From assembly GCA_965223705.1 (NCBI GenBank), contig OZ245015.1, positions 1,664,001 to 1,728,000 on the forward strand: a stretch of 64,000 nucleotides of DNA. Direction: 5' to 3'. The notes under the pieces were generated by a model that did not search any database, was not told where the DNA came from, and saw only the letters and a program-made list of their open reading frames with translations. This stretch comes from Myxococcota bacterium (lineage in GTDB: Bacteria; Myxococcota_A; UBA9160; UBA6930). Shown here in pieces: positions 20,865 through 29,711 of the stretch (position 1 is its first letter; each line of letters starts with the position of its first letter). The position numbers and the translations under genes were made by a program.

Positions 20865-21644
20865 ATGGAAGCGATTGGACTCGATGTTGGCTTCTCTGCT
20901 ACCCGACCCAGTTCTGGGGTCGCGCGATTCTCTTCCGACGGGATCCTGCGAGTAGGTCATGCGACTTCCGACTGGGCAAGCCGCAGCGCAGTCGCCGGTG
21001 AGGAGGCCGTACAGGTTGCAGCGATTGACGCCCCTTACACGAGAATCGCAGAAAGTGAGCCTCGGGCATGCGAGCGAGTCTTTACGCTCGGGCCCTTCGG
21101 CGGCCGATGCAAACCCGGATTGTCCCATGTCCCCGGCACGGGACGCGAACTCCGAAGAGCAGGGTGGGAGACCGCGCAACAGCTCAAGCCACTCGCGCCA
21201 AGCGAGCCTCTTCGTGTTCAGTTTCCACGTATCGAAGACTGCAACGTTGTGGAGGCGTTTCCGAACGCGTATCTCGGAGTGTGCGTGCCGTCCAGTATCT
21301 ATGACACGAAGCCGCCGCTACGACGGGGGAAGAAGTTCGACTGGCTCTACGAACGATGGGTTGACTCGGGACTCTTCCATCGAGCTGCTCGGGAAGCGGG
21401 ATTGCCTGATAGCGTGGCTGAGCTGTGCGATTCGAACACTCAACACGACGAGCGCGCCGCGCTCGTTTGTTTGCTGACCGCGAGTGGTGTTTTCCTCGGT
21501 CGCTACACCGCTGTCGGAGACCCCGCCGGTGGGTACTTCTTTCTACCAGCGTTCGAACTCTGGGCCGACTGGGCGAGAGAAGCGATCGAACGTCAGAGCG
21601 TTCGCGTGCCCGAAATCGAAGTTTGGAAAGACGGCACGCGATAA
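20865..21644 (+). CDS. DUF429-family predicted RNase H-fold nuclease
   Basis: IGLDVGF, AAIDAP, VVEAFPN, HDERAALVC motifs. Confidence 0.75.
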   Translation: MEAIGLDVGFSATRPSSGVARFSSDGILRVGHATSDWASRSAVAGEEAVQVAAIDAPYTRIAESEPRACERVFTLGPFGGRCKPGLSHVPGTGRELRRAGWETAQQLKPLAPSEPLRVQFPRIEDCNVVEAFPNAYLGVCVPSSIYDTKPPLRRGKKFDWLYERWVDSGLFHRAAREAGLPDSVAELCDSNTQHDERAALVCLLTASGVFLGRYTAVGDPAGGYFFLPAFELWADWAREAIERQSVRVPEIEVWKDGTR

Positions 21645-22139
21645 ACGCTGACGAGCGACCGGGAGCGGGCCGCGTGCTGAGGAAGCTACTCAGGTGCCAG
21701 CGAGCGGACGGCTATCGACACGGTCCAAAGCCTAGGAGCACCTGTACACTCGCACCTTCGCAAACGCGTCGATGGAGACGTTAGATGACCTCTGGAGACT
21801 TTCCAACGTAGACCGTCCCGGGTTTTATCTCTTGAAAGCAACCAAGCTCATACAGCGCTGAGGATTGGCAACCTCGGACACGAAACTCTTGTTGCCCCGA
21901 ATGCTGCATCTCGCACTTGCGCATAGCCACCTCGACCATGGCGCTCGTCGTGCCCACTTTGCAGACGAGGCCGATAGCCAGGGCTCCTAGCAAGGCGTGC
22001 TTTCCCATAGCTAGTGATACGACGGCCACGCCAAGGTGGACGACCGATGCATCAAGATGACCGGACCCGGCGTCGACATCGCGACGTGTCGACAAGCCCT
22101 CTCCAATCCACTGTCGCGTTGCGGGCGTAGAGAAGAGGT

Positions 22140-23036
22140 ATGAAACGCCTGGTCGCGGGACTGCTGGGGGTGGTGTTCGCGGTAGCTTCCGCGCCCGTTG
22201 CGTTCGGCTACTGGCCTGAGTGCGCGCGCGCAAGGTTCTCGCAAGGTGGTGAGGCAGACCCGGAGATGCACGCGAGGCTCGTTGAGTGGCTTCGCTCTCC
22301 ATGTTTTCGAGAGTTCCCCGGTGGTGTCCGGATGACCAAGTACCTCATCGGGCGTTTTGAGAACGACCTGTGCGCAGATAGTTGGTGGCTCAACGCGGTA
22401 TCTCTCGCGAAGACCGAACTAGGGTTTTCGTATGTTGAGCAGAAGGTGTGGGGTGATTCGCGTCCTCGGCTTCAACGGCGAGCACTCGATGCTTTGCGAA
22501 GTGCGGAACATCCCGGGAACCTCGAAGTTGCCCGCAAAGGACTAAAGCGGTTCGAGCCGGAATCCGAGCCCTATTTCTATTCGCTTCTGCTGGCCGGAGA
22601 AGCCATGTGGCTTCTCCGGAAGGTCGACAACGCGCTCGTAGAAATCTTGTTGGACCACTCGAATGGTCCCCGAACAGACAGAAACACTCGCCAGGCCCGT
22701 CGCGAGTTGCGCCGCCTCGTGCGAAACATGTTGTTGGACAGGTCTTTAGTTCCCTTCTACGACGAACGCCCCTGGAACAGGGCTACCTTGGATGAGCCGG
22801 ACCCCAAGGACTTCTGGAAGCATCAGCCACCCATCGCCACCATCCGCGGTCGCGAGGGGTTCGTTGCGAGGGGAGGTCCCTGGCCAACGATATGTCAGGG
22901 TCCCTGTCAGAAAGGCTATCGCCAGCCTACGCCAGGAAACTGGCCGCCTTCCCATTCGGCACTTCTCGCAAGGTTGTTTCGACCTTGGGGAACTTTTCGT
23001 CACGACTGTCGGTCAGACTTCGCGCCGCGTCCGTAG
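22140..23036 (+). CDS. Exported hypothetical protein
   Basis: RBS GAGG; signal peptide MKRLVAGLLGVVFAVASAPVAFG; no recognised domain. Confidence 0.55.
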   Translation: MKRLVAGLLGVVFAVASAPVAFGYWPECARARFSQGGEADPEMHARLVEWLRSPCFREFPGGVRMTKYLIGRFENDLCADSWWLNAVSLAKTELGFSYVEQKVWGDSRPRLQRRALDALRSAEHPGNLEVARKGLKRFEPESEPYFYSLLLAGEAMWLLRKVDNALVEILLDHSNGPRTDRNTRQARRELRRLVRNMLLDRSLVPFYDERPWNRATLDEPDPKDFWKHQPPIATIRGREGFVARGGPWPTICQGPCQKGYRQPTPGNWPPSHSALLARLFRPWGTFRHDCRSDFAPRP

Positions 23037-23066
23037 AGACACGAAGGCGGGACGATCGGTCGATTG

Positions 23067-23521
23067 CTAGTCCTGCAAGAACGAGGCAAGGCACGGATGG
23101 CTGGTGAGGGCGGACGCAACTGAGATCGGTGTATAGACCTCGTAGGTCCCCTGCGATGCGGACATTTGAACTCGGAGCTGCTCGTCGCCGAGTTCGTAAA
23201 CCTGGGTGACGAAAGTTCCTGCTTCTTCTGAGCGAAACTCGATCGTAAGGACTGCTCCGTCACGATTGGTCACTTCGAACTCCGAAATTGGGGAACACCG
23301 CCCCTCGAAAACGCCGATCGCTTCTCCCCCCGGAATACTTGGATCATATGTCCGAAGAGGTTGGGGTCGGCGACGATCTCCCACTGCTCGTCGGAATACT
23401 CAACCTGCTCGCTGAGACCCGACAAGGTCAGGGCTCGGTTCGATCTCCAGACGCCTTCCAATTCGGTTTTGGACTGAGAGCACGCGAGGAGGGAGGCCGC
23501 GAGAATTACTAGCCACCGCAT
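23067..23521 (-). pseudogene. Lipoprotein split by a frameshift at a G6 run; paralog of 52821-53285
   Basis: Lipobox LLAC; ORFs 23270-23521 and 23067-23384 join into one protein colinear with the intact paralog if one G is added at 23326-23331. Confidence 0.75.
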
Positions 23522-23663
23522 TTGGGGTGGATCGACGCACGGGCCCCGCCAGTTGAGCTCGGTAGCCGTCGGACGGCGGTGTCCCAGGGTTCAGGATGAA
23601 ATGAAGCCCACGCGAAGGAACAGCGGAACGAGAGTCGTCGGCCAGACGATCGAATCGCACAGG

Positions 23664-23681
23664 AGACCTTTTAAAAGGTCT
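23664..23681. promoter_or_regulatory. Perfect 18-bp palindrome, candidate operator
   Basis: AGACCTTTT/AAAAGGTCT between divergent genes. Confidence 0.5.
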
Positions 23682-23737
23682 TGAGATATTCTAGAGCTTC
23701 GCCGAATAGATAGGTGCGCAACGAAGAGGAGTGACAA

Positions 23738-24217
23738 ATGGCGAGTGCCAAGCCCTTCGAACTCACGGTCACCAACCTGCCGGAAATCGCAACGCTCAAA
23801 CTCGGTAAGAAGGGGAGCGTCGAGATCGACCTCACTCAGATCCCCACCCACCTCTGGGGCGGGCCCGACGGCTTGCTCATGCGCGGGTTGAAGCGGCAGC
23901 TCATGAACACGATGGGAGCCAAGCCGACGACGCTTCCGGCGGAGGAGATGGTGCAGGCTTGGTACCTCGGCTACCCGCACGCTCGGGCGGCCGGCGTTGG
24001 AACCGAAGAGCCGAAGTCGGCGCGGGATCTCAAGAAGGAAGCGGCGGCGCGTGCGAAGCTGAACAAAGCGGCGGCGCTCGACATCGCTCGGGCGCTCGCA
24101 GTATCACGGACGGGAAACGCGAAGCTGAAGGAGGCCAGCCGCAGCCAGCTGAAACGCACGCTCGGAGACGACTTCGACGCGCTCGAAAAACAAGCCGAGA
24201 AGATGGTGGGAAAATAA
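23738..24217 (+). CDS. Lys/Ala-rich hypothetical protein
   Basis: Strong RBS AAGAGGAG, clean codon usage, downstream hairpin at 24227-24241. Confidence 0.72.
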   Translation: MASAKPFELTVTNLPEIATLKLGKKGSVEIDLTQIPTHLWGGPDGLLMRGLKRQLMNTMGAKPTTLPAEEMVQAWYLGYPHARAAGVGTEEPKSARDLKKEAAARAKLNKAAALDIARALAVSRTGNAKLKEASRSQLKRTLGDDFDALEKQAEKMVGK

Positions 24218-24473
24218 GACGGGAGACCGAAGCGGCTTCGGGGTCCTCGCGATAAGTGCGGCGCTTGTATCCTCTATCCTGGGCTTCATGATCGCTCAGA
24301 TCGCTGTGCTCAGGATAAAGGGACTGGCCGGACCAGCAAGCCCTGACCCCACCGCCTCTCAAGAGCGTTACTTCCGGCCGTGTTGGAGAGGCTGCTGACC
24401 TGCCCGCAGTGATCGGGTTTGGGCTGGTCGGCGGCTACCTCGAAGTTCGAGCGATGGAGGTTCAATAGGCGCT

Positions 24474-24977
24474 ATGCAGGACGCCGTAGCGGTCCACGAC
24501 TGGTTGGCCATTGGGATATCAGCCTTCGCCGCGTTGAGTTCGATGGTCGCGGTTGGATTCTCGATCTACACCTGGAGGCAGCAGCGTCCATACGTGGACC
24601 GGCTGCAAGAGATTGAAGAGGCGCGCGAGCGAGATCGGGTTGCGGACCGCGAAGCGATAGTGAAGCAGGCCGAAGCGGCGGCGCAGCGGGCGGTCTTCGA
24701 TGTGTATTCGGAACCAGTGGGCAAGGGTACGGCGCACCTCTGTCTTGAAAACGTCGGCGAAGCCACAGCGCGTGAAGTTCAGATCGCGGGATCAGCGCAC
24801 GCGCAATGGTTGGTCGACAAGGGAACACCCGTTCTCGACATGCTGCGGCCAGGCGAAGCCTGGAAGCTCATGGTCGCGACGTTCAAGGGGATGGAGCGCC
24901 CTGATCGGATCACGGTCTCGTGGCGCGATGAGCGCGAAGGGTTGCAGCACGAGAACTTCAGGTTCCCAGACTTCTAA
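24474..24977 (+). CDS. Hypothetical single-pass membrane protein
   Basis: N-terminal hydrophobic helix WLAIGISAFAALSSMVAVGFSIY, a coiled segment, then a beta-rich domain (LENVGEATAREV). Confidence 0.62.
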   Translation: MQDAVAVHDWLAIGISAFAALSSMVAVGFSIYTWRQQRPYVDRLQEIEEARERDRVADREAIVKQAEAAAQRAVFDVYSEPVGKGTAHLCLENVGEATAREVQIAGSAHAQWLVDKGTPVLDMLRPGEAWKLMVATFKGMERPDRITVSWRDEREGLQHENFRFPDF

Positions 24978-25221
24978 GACCATTCAACTTTTGTTTGCGC
25001 AAATAAGTCGCAGGGCCTCTAGTCGGCCCATCTAACTCCAGCCGCCCTTCGTGGAATCGCTGCCGGACCCAGCCGGCCCTCCTACTTGATAGGGCGCCAC
25101 GGTGAGCATCGCCGGCGGCTAGCCCATCCAGGTCGTCGACCACCGCCATCAGCAGGCCGCGCAACCAAACTACCTCCGCTCAAGCGCGACCACTCCGATG
25201 CCCGACGATGAGATCGACCAG

Positions 25222-25554
25222 CTAGCGGCACATCCTCTTGAATCGATTGCCGATGTCGATACGCGGATTCGATACCTCAGCGAGCCATCGCCGCCGTTCC
25301 CGCGTGTAGTAGAGGTACGTTCGGCTGGCCGCCGGTGAACCCTCCGCCCAATAGATCTCTCTCTCGCCCTCGGCTGTTGCGCGAACCCGCGCCACGAGCA
25401 TGTCGCAGAACAGGCAACGTTCATAGTCAGCGGGGTGCCGCTCCTGGCATTCGGCTGTCTTGCGTAGGTTCGTGCCGCGGTATTCGTCGGTCAGAGCCGG
25501 AGCCGCTACAAGTGCTACTGCAAACGCGATCATCAGGAGCCTCGCCATACTCAA
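25222..25554 (-). CDS. Small exported hypothetical protein
   Basis: Signal-like LLMIAFAVALVAAPALT; four Cys. Confidence 0.45.
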   Translation of the reverse strand: MSMARLLMIAFAVALVAAPALTDEYRGTNLRKTAECQERHPADYERCLFCDMLVARVRATAEGEREIYWAEGSPAASRTYLYYTRERRRWLAEVSNPRIDIGNRFKRMCR

Positions 25555-25621
25555 CAGTACGCCGAAAACACCGACATGGATGAAACACCCGCGAGGCGCA
25601 CTTCAGACGTCGCCGGCGGAC

Positions 25622-26890
25622 TTACCGCGGCCTTAGAAGTTTGACTAGGGCTGGATCCCTCAACCGTCCGTATCGTTCTGTGCTCTTGATGTCTGAATGC
25701 CCCAAGATTCGCTGGATGATGTCGAGCGGCACCCCGCCTTCTCGCAGTCCTGTTGCGTAGGAGTGCTTGGTTCCTTCATAGAGCTTTGCGCTTGTCCCAA
25801 CCTTTAAACACGCGCGGTTCCATTCCCTTTCCATCGCGCTCGTAATCCATCGTCGCTCCGGGTTTCTCGCCGTCGGGTTTGGAAACAGGGCGGGCGATAG
25901 GAGGAACGCGGGCCCGCCTGTTCGCATGGCTTCTACTCGCGCCTCGAGCCGCCAACGGATCCAATCGCGGAGTTCGTTATCAACGGGGATGGCGCGGATC
26001 TTCTTCTGCTTCGTGTGTAGGATGGGAGCCGTCGCGTTCGGCCCCTTGTACGCTTTGTCGACGGTAAGCCAACCCTGGCCGTCATCACCCTCCGTGTAGT
26101 CTCCGATCGCACTCGCCCGTGCTTCGCCGGGGCGGAGACCGTGGCAACACGCAAGGAACGCCCCACGCCGCTCGTGAGGAATGGCTTCCTTGACCGCTTG
26201 CTGATCGGACGAGCTGATGATCTGAGGTGAGTGCTCGGGAATTTCGATCCTCGGGAGCTCTGGAATCTGATCGAACGTGATTTCACCCCGTCGCCGTAAC
26301 CAACCGAGGAACGCGCGCAAAGCGCCGAGCACCTTGTTCCGCGTTGCAGGACTAAGCCCGGTTCCGTTTGCGCCGCCCTTTTGGCCGAGCCACAGGTCGA
26401 AGTCGTCGACCAGCCGCGTAGTGACTCCCGTTATGGGGACGTCTTTGAGAAACCCAGGCCAATATCCCGGGTGCAGGACGTAGCGCTCAAGTTCGCGGAC
26501 GTAGGTGGGGCTCAGGCTCCTGGATTCGACGCGCGCTCGTTGATGTTCGAGCCAATTCTTCGCACGCGTAAGGACGAGCTGATCGTCTCGCGTCTTTGCG
26601 AGCCACGGTGAGAGAGCGCTCCCGAGCGTTTGTCCCGCGGCGATGTTGTTGCGAACCGATGCGAGCACGCGGTCGGCGAGCTCGCGGGTAAACTTAATTC
26701 CGCGCCCTCCGGAAGGGTTTGGCACGGACCAGATAGCGCCCTGCCTACCGAAGCAGACGTAGTAGCCGCCCGTCTTTCGCTGCCGGACCTTTCCGATGCT
26801 ATCCGCCACGTCCCAACACATCCCTCGCGCGAGGTCCGGAAGTCGAGTCCTTTCCGCGTTGTTCGCCGACATCAACTGTGAGTGGCACAA
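25622..26890 (-). CDS. Tyrosine recombinase/integrase
   Basis: GLRPGEA (Arg I), TKQKK (Lys), YEGTKHS (variant HxxR box), LGHSD, TERY (Tyr nucleophile); lies next to the att repeat. Confidence 0.93.
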   Translation of the reverse strand: MCHSQLMSANNAERTRLPDLARGMCWDVADSIGKVRQRKTGGYYVCFGRQGAIWSVPNPSGGRGIKFTRELADRVLASVRNNIAAGQTLGSALSPWLAKTRDDQLVLTRAKNWLEHQRARVESRSLSPTYVRELERYVLHPGYWPGFLKDVPITGVTTRLVDDFDLWLGQKGGANGTGLSPATRNKVLGALRAFLGWLRRRGEITFDQIPELPRIEIPEHSPQIISSSDQQAVKEAIPHERRGAFLACCHGLRPGEARASAIGDYTEGDDGQGWLTVDKAYKGPNATAPILHTKQKKIRAIPVDNELRDWIRWRLEARVEAMRTGGPAFLLSPALFPNPTARNPERRWITSAMEREWNRACLKVGTSAKLYEGTKHSYATGLREGGVPLDIIQRILGHSDIKSTERYGRLRDPALVKLLRPR

Positions 26891-26902
26891 CCAGAAAAAA
26901 GG

Positions 26903-26928
26903 TTTTGAAATATTTTGAAAGATTTTGA
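26903..26928. repeat. Three phased TTTTGA(AA) repeats upstream of the integrase
   Basis: TTTTGAAA-ta-TTTTGAAA-ga-TTTTGA, exact 10-bp period. Confidence 0.7.
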
Positions 26929-27119
26929 GCGATGCTCGGCAGTTGCCTATGCACTGCCTTCGGGAGAAGGTCTTAGACGACGGACGCCGTGTGTGCCGCA
27001 GATCGGACGCAGCTGAGGTGCAGCGCGGGGTTCAGCACAACGTCCGCACAACATTGCCCTGTGCAGGGGCTAAAGCCAAGTGGTTGAAATCCCGGAAGAC
27101 GCGACCGCCATCGTCGTCC

Positions 27120-27145
27120 TTCGAGTCCCGTCCGCCCCGCCATTT
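27120..27145 (+). repeat. att site, distal copy of the tRNA-Asp 3' end
   Basis: Identical 26-mer to 4042-4067. Confidence 0.95.
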
Positions 27146-27899
27146 TTCTAACGATTTCGAATAGTTAATGCGGCTGATTGTCGTGAGCGCAAAGGCCCCC
27201 GAGTTCAGTGAGGGCCATCGGCGACTCCGAGCTATCAGAACGGAGACCGTCGTTCTAGGTCGCGCGAAGTGATCGTTGGATCCACCATTAGTCGGTTGCG
27301 CACCCAATGAAGGATCTCATCGGCGCACTCAGGTACACCGACACGGGCGATCTGCCCTCTCAGGAAGTCGAGCAGGATCTCGGCGTCCCTGTCTTTCTCC
27401 AGGTCTTGAAGCTGGATCACTTGTAAGGCTGTCGCGTAGATCGGCGCGTTGCACGGCATGACCGGAGCGTAACCACAAAAATGTGTCGCCGCGGAACGGT
27501 GATTGCCTCTGCTCGGAACGGCGACTACCGCAGTCGGCGCTTCAAAAACTGGAACAGTTCCGCAGGCTCGGCATCCGCATCAACCGGGCTCCGGGTCTTT
27601 GTAGAACTCCGCGTACCACTCATGGACACGGCGCGTCCTCGGGTCACCTTCGAGCGGCGGCGGCTCGTCTCGGCAAAGCAACATCAAAGCCATGAAGGGC
27701 CGGGACTCCAGGGCGATGCCTTTCGTGATCAGCTCGCGATCGATCGCCCGCATCCGCCTGTCGAACTCTTTGTCGTCCACCAGTCTGAAAAACCCCTTTG
27801 CCGATTCGGAAGCATAGCGGGTATGATTCAGCCTGCCCCGATTCAAAAAGACGGAACTTTTTTCGCGGAGGAGTGGATATTCCCGGTCCCAAAATTACA

Positions 27900-28112
27900 A
27901 TGGGCGATGTGCCCCGGGGTGGTAAGAGGAAAGGCGCCGGTCGTCCGCCGTTGGGTGACGACAAACTCGTACCGGTCGAGGTCTATGTGACGGTCGAGAC
28001 GCGAGAGATCTTCGACCGCGACGCGGAAGATCTAGGCAGATCGCGCAGCGAGCTCATGCGCGAGGAACTCGAGCGCGCCGCTACCCGGCGAGTCAAGAAG
28101 CGCAGCAAGTGA
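27900..28112 (+). CDS. Small CopG/ribbon-helix-helix protein with an AT-hook-like N-terminus
   Basis: RGGKRKGAGRPP followed by VEVYVT...SRSELMREELE; start ATG 27900 or GTG 27909. Confidence 0.65.
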   Translation: MGDVPRGGKRKGAGRPPLGDDKLVPVEVYVTVETREIFDRDAEDLGRSRSELMREELERAATRRVKKRSK

Positions 28113-28291
28113 TTTCCTGTCTCTAAAGCCTTCGCGCCATCTAGCCGCGGTCCCAATCGGCCACCACTCCGCCCAGGTTCGCGTGTGCCGCACAAACCCG
28201 AAAATTGGATCACGATTGATGTTGCCCCCAGCGGGACCATCACCATATCTTTCCGTACTTATGTGCAGAAGGTGCATTCTGTGGGGACGGG

Positions 28292-28939
28292 ATGGGTGAT
28301 CACGACGGTAACGAGACTCGCCAAGAGCTCGAAACCGAGAATCGACGGCTAAGAGAACGCCTAAGAAAGCTCAATTCTCTCGGAAACCAAGAGACGCGTG
28401 ACCGAATTATGGAAGCGCTGATCGAAATCGGTAAAGAGAAGGGCCACGCGATCGAACTTCGCGACGTAGTGGAGCGCGTCTCGATCGGTAACAGCACGTT
28501 CTACAAATACTTCGCGAGCCGCATCGAAGCGGTGCAAACACTCGCGCAGCTAATTGTCGGCGACATCTTCGACCGCTCGGTTCACGTGATGGAAATCGAC
28601 GACGCTCTCGAAGCCCTCGAGGCGTGGATGAAAGTCGGCTTCTACAGCGTGGAGCAGTACGGCGCACTCGCCGTCGAGCTCTGCTATCCGGACAGGCTTC
28701 CCGAGTGGCTGTCTCCGATTGAGACCAATGAAGACGTTTACCGGATGACCGGCGCCCTGATCCGGAAGGCTCAGGAACAGCACTACTGCCGAGAGACGCC
28801 GATTCGGCCGGCGGTCCGAACCTGGTTTGCGATGTGCCACCCGGGACGGATGCACGCGTGTGTACGCGATGGCCTCAGTTGGGAAGAGGCGCGCCGGGAA
28901 ACGTTCGACGTCTTTATGATGGCGTACGGCAAGAGGTAG
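28292..28939 (+). CDS. TetR/AcrR-family regulator with an N-terminal coiled coil
   Basis: TRDRIMEAL...LRDVVERVSIGNSTFYKYFASR HTH. Confidence 0.78.
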   Translation: MGDHDGNETRQELETENRRLRERLRKLNSLGNQETRDRIMEALIEIGKEKGHAIELRDVVERVSIGNSTFYKYFASRIEAVQTLAQLIVGDIFDRSVHVMEIDDALEALEAWMKVGFYSVEQYGALAVELCYPDRLPEWLSPIETNEDVYRMTGALIRKAQEQHYCRETPIRPAVRTWFAMCHPGRMHACVRDGLSWEEARRETFDVFMMAYGKR

Positions 28940-28942
28940 ATT

Positions 28943-29590
28943 GTGCCGACAGATGACGAACTCCGATCGCAGAACGAAGAGCTCCGCAGCAAGATCGAAC
29001 AGCTCGAGGCGATTCGGGGTCGCAGTCGAAGGGATCAGATCATCGAGGCGGCGCGTGAAGTCGCCAAGGTGAAGGGCTTCGACGCAGACCTTCGCGAGAT
29101 CCTCCACCTAGCCTCAGTATCGACCACGACTTTCTATCGTTACTTCCAAACCCGCGAGGAAGTCATTGCGGAGTTGGTCCGCAGGCTCAATCAACGCGCC
29201 GTTGCGAAGACCTCCGAGCTTCTCGAAGTCGAGGACGGAAAGAAACGGATACTTGAGTGGATGTGCTTCGCGTTCGGCCAGTACACCGAGTACGGAATCC
29301 TGTCCAATGAGATCGCGATTGGCGAAGTGCCGTCACCCTATACGGAGCTTGTCGACTCGTCGGGGATGTGGCGATTCGTGGGCCGCACGGTTCGGGACTG
29401 CAAGGCACAGGGGCATTGCCGAACCGACGTCGACACGCGCGTGGTCGTCCGCACCTACGTCTGGCTCGTTCAGCCTTTTCGGATGAATTGGTGCCGGCGC
29501 GACGGGATGACGGATGAGGAGATCATGGCCGAGACGATGGAGATTTTCTTCCATGCCTTCGCCGCCGATCCCCCGAAAGTGGCCGCGTAA
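28943..29590 (+). CDS. TetR/AcrR-family regulator with an N-terminal coiled coil (paralog of the preceding gene)
   Basis: RRDQIIEAA...LREILHLASVSTTTFYRYFQTREE HTH; same length, 215 aa. Confidence 0.82.
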   Translation: MPTDDELRSQNEELRSKIEQLEAIRGRSRRDQIIEAAREVAKVKGFDADLREILHLASVSTTTFYRYFQTREEVIAELVRRLNQRAVAKTSELLEVEDGKKRILEWMCFAFGQYTEYGILSNEIAIGEVPSPYTELVDSSGMWRFVGRTVRDCKAQGHCRTDVDTRVVVRTYVWLVQPFRMNWCRRDGMTDEEIMAETMEIFFHAFAADPPKVAA

Positions 29591-29711
29591 ACTCAGCCGG
29601 AACCCCGGAAACGTCGTTGCCGGCGTCTCCGGCTCCGGCCGAACCGGCGTCGCGTCCGGTACTCCTCGCAGGACCTGGCCGAAACGGGCAGAGCGAGCGG
29701 CAAACCGCTGA

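Larger units (their letters stand above)
4068..27145. mobile_element. ~23 kb tyrosine-integrase genomic island (defence island) inserted at tRNA-Asp
   Basis: Flanked by a 26-bp direct repeat of the tRNA 3' end; integrase next to the distal repeat; defence cargo; parts visibly more AT-rich than the flanks. Confidence 0.92.

Noticed and set aside
21781..22302. 173-aa minus-strand ORF
   Set aside because: Overlaps the 22140 gene and has no recognisable motif; at most a short C-terminal part could be real.
24227..24241. Intrinsic terminator
   Set aside because: A hairpin is present but there is no U-tract, so it was not called.
27235..27846. Two short minus-strand ORFs
   Set aside because: Plausible remnants, but no motif supports a call.
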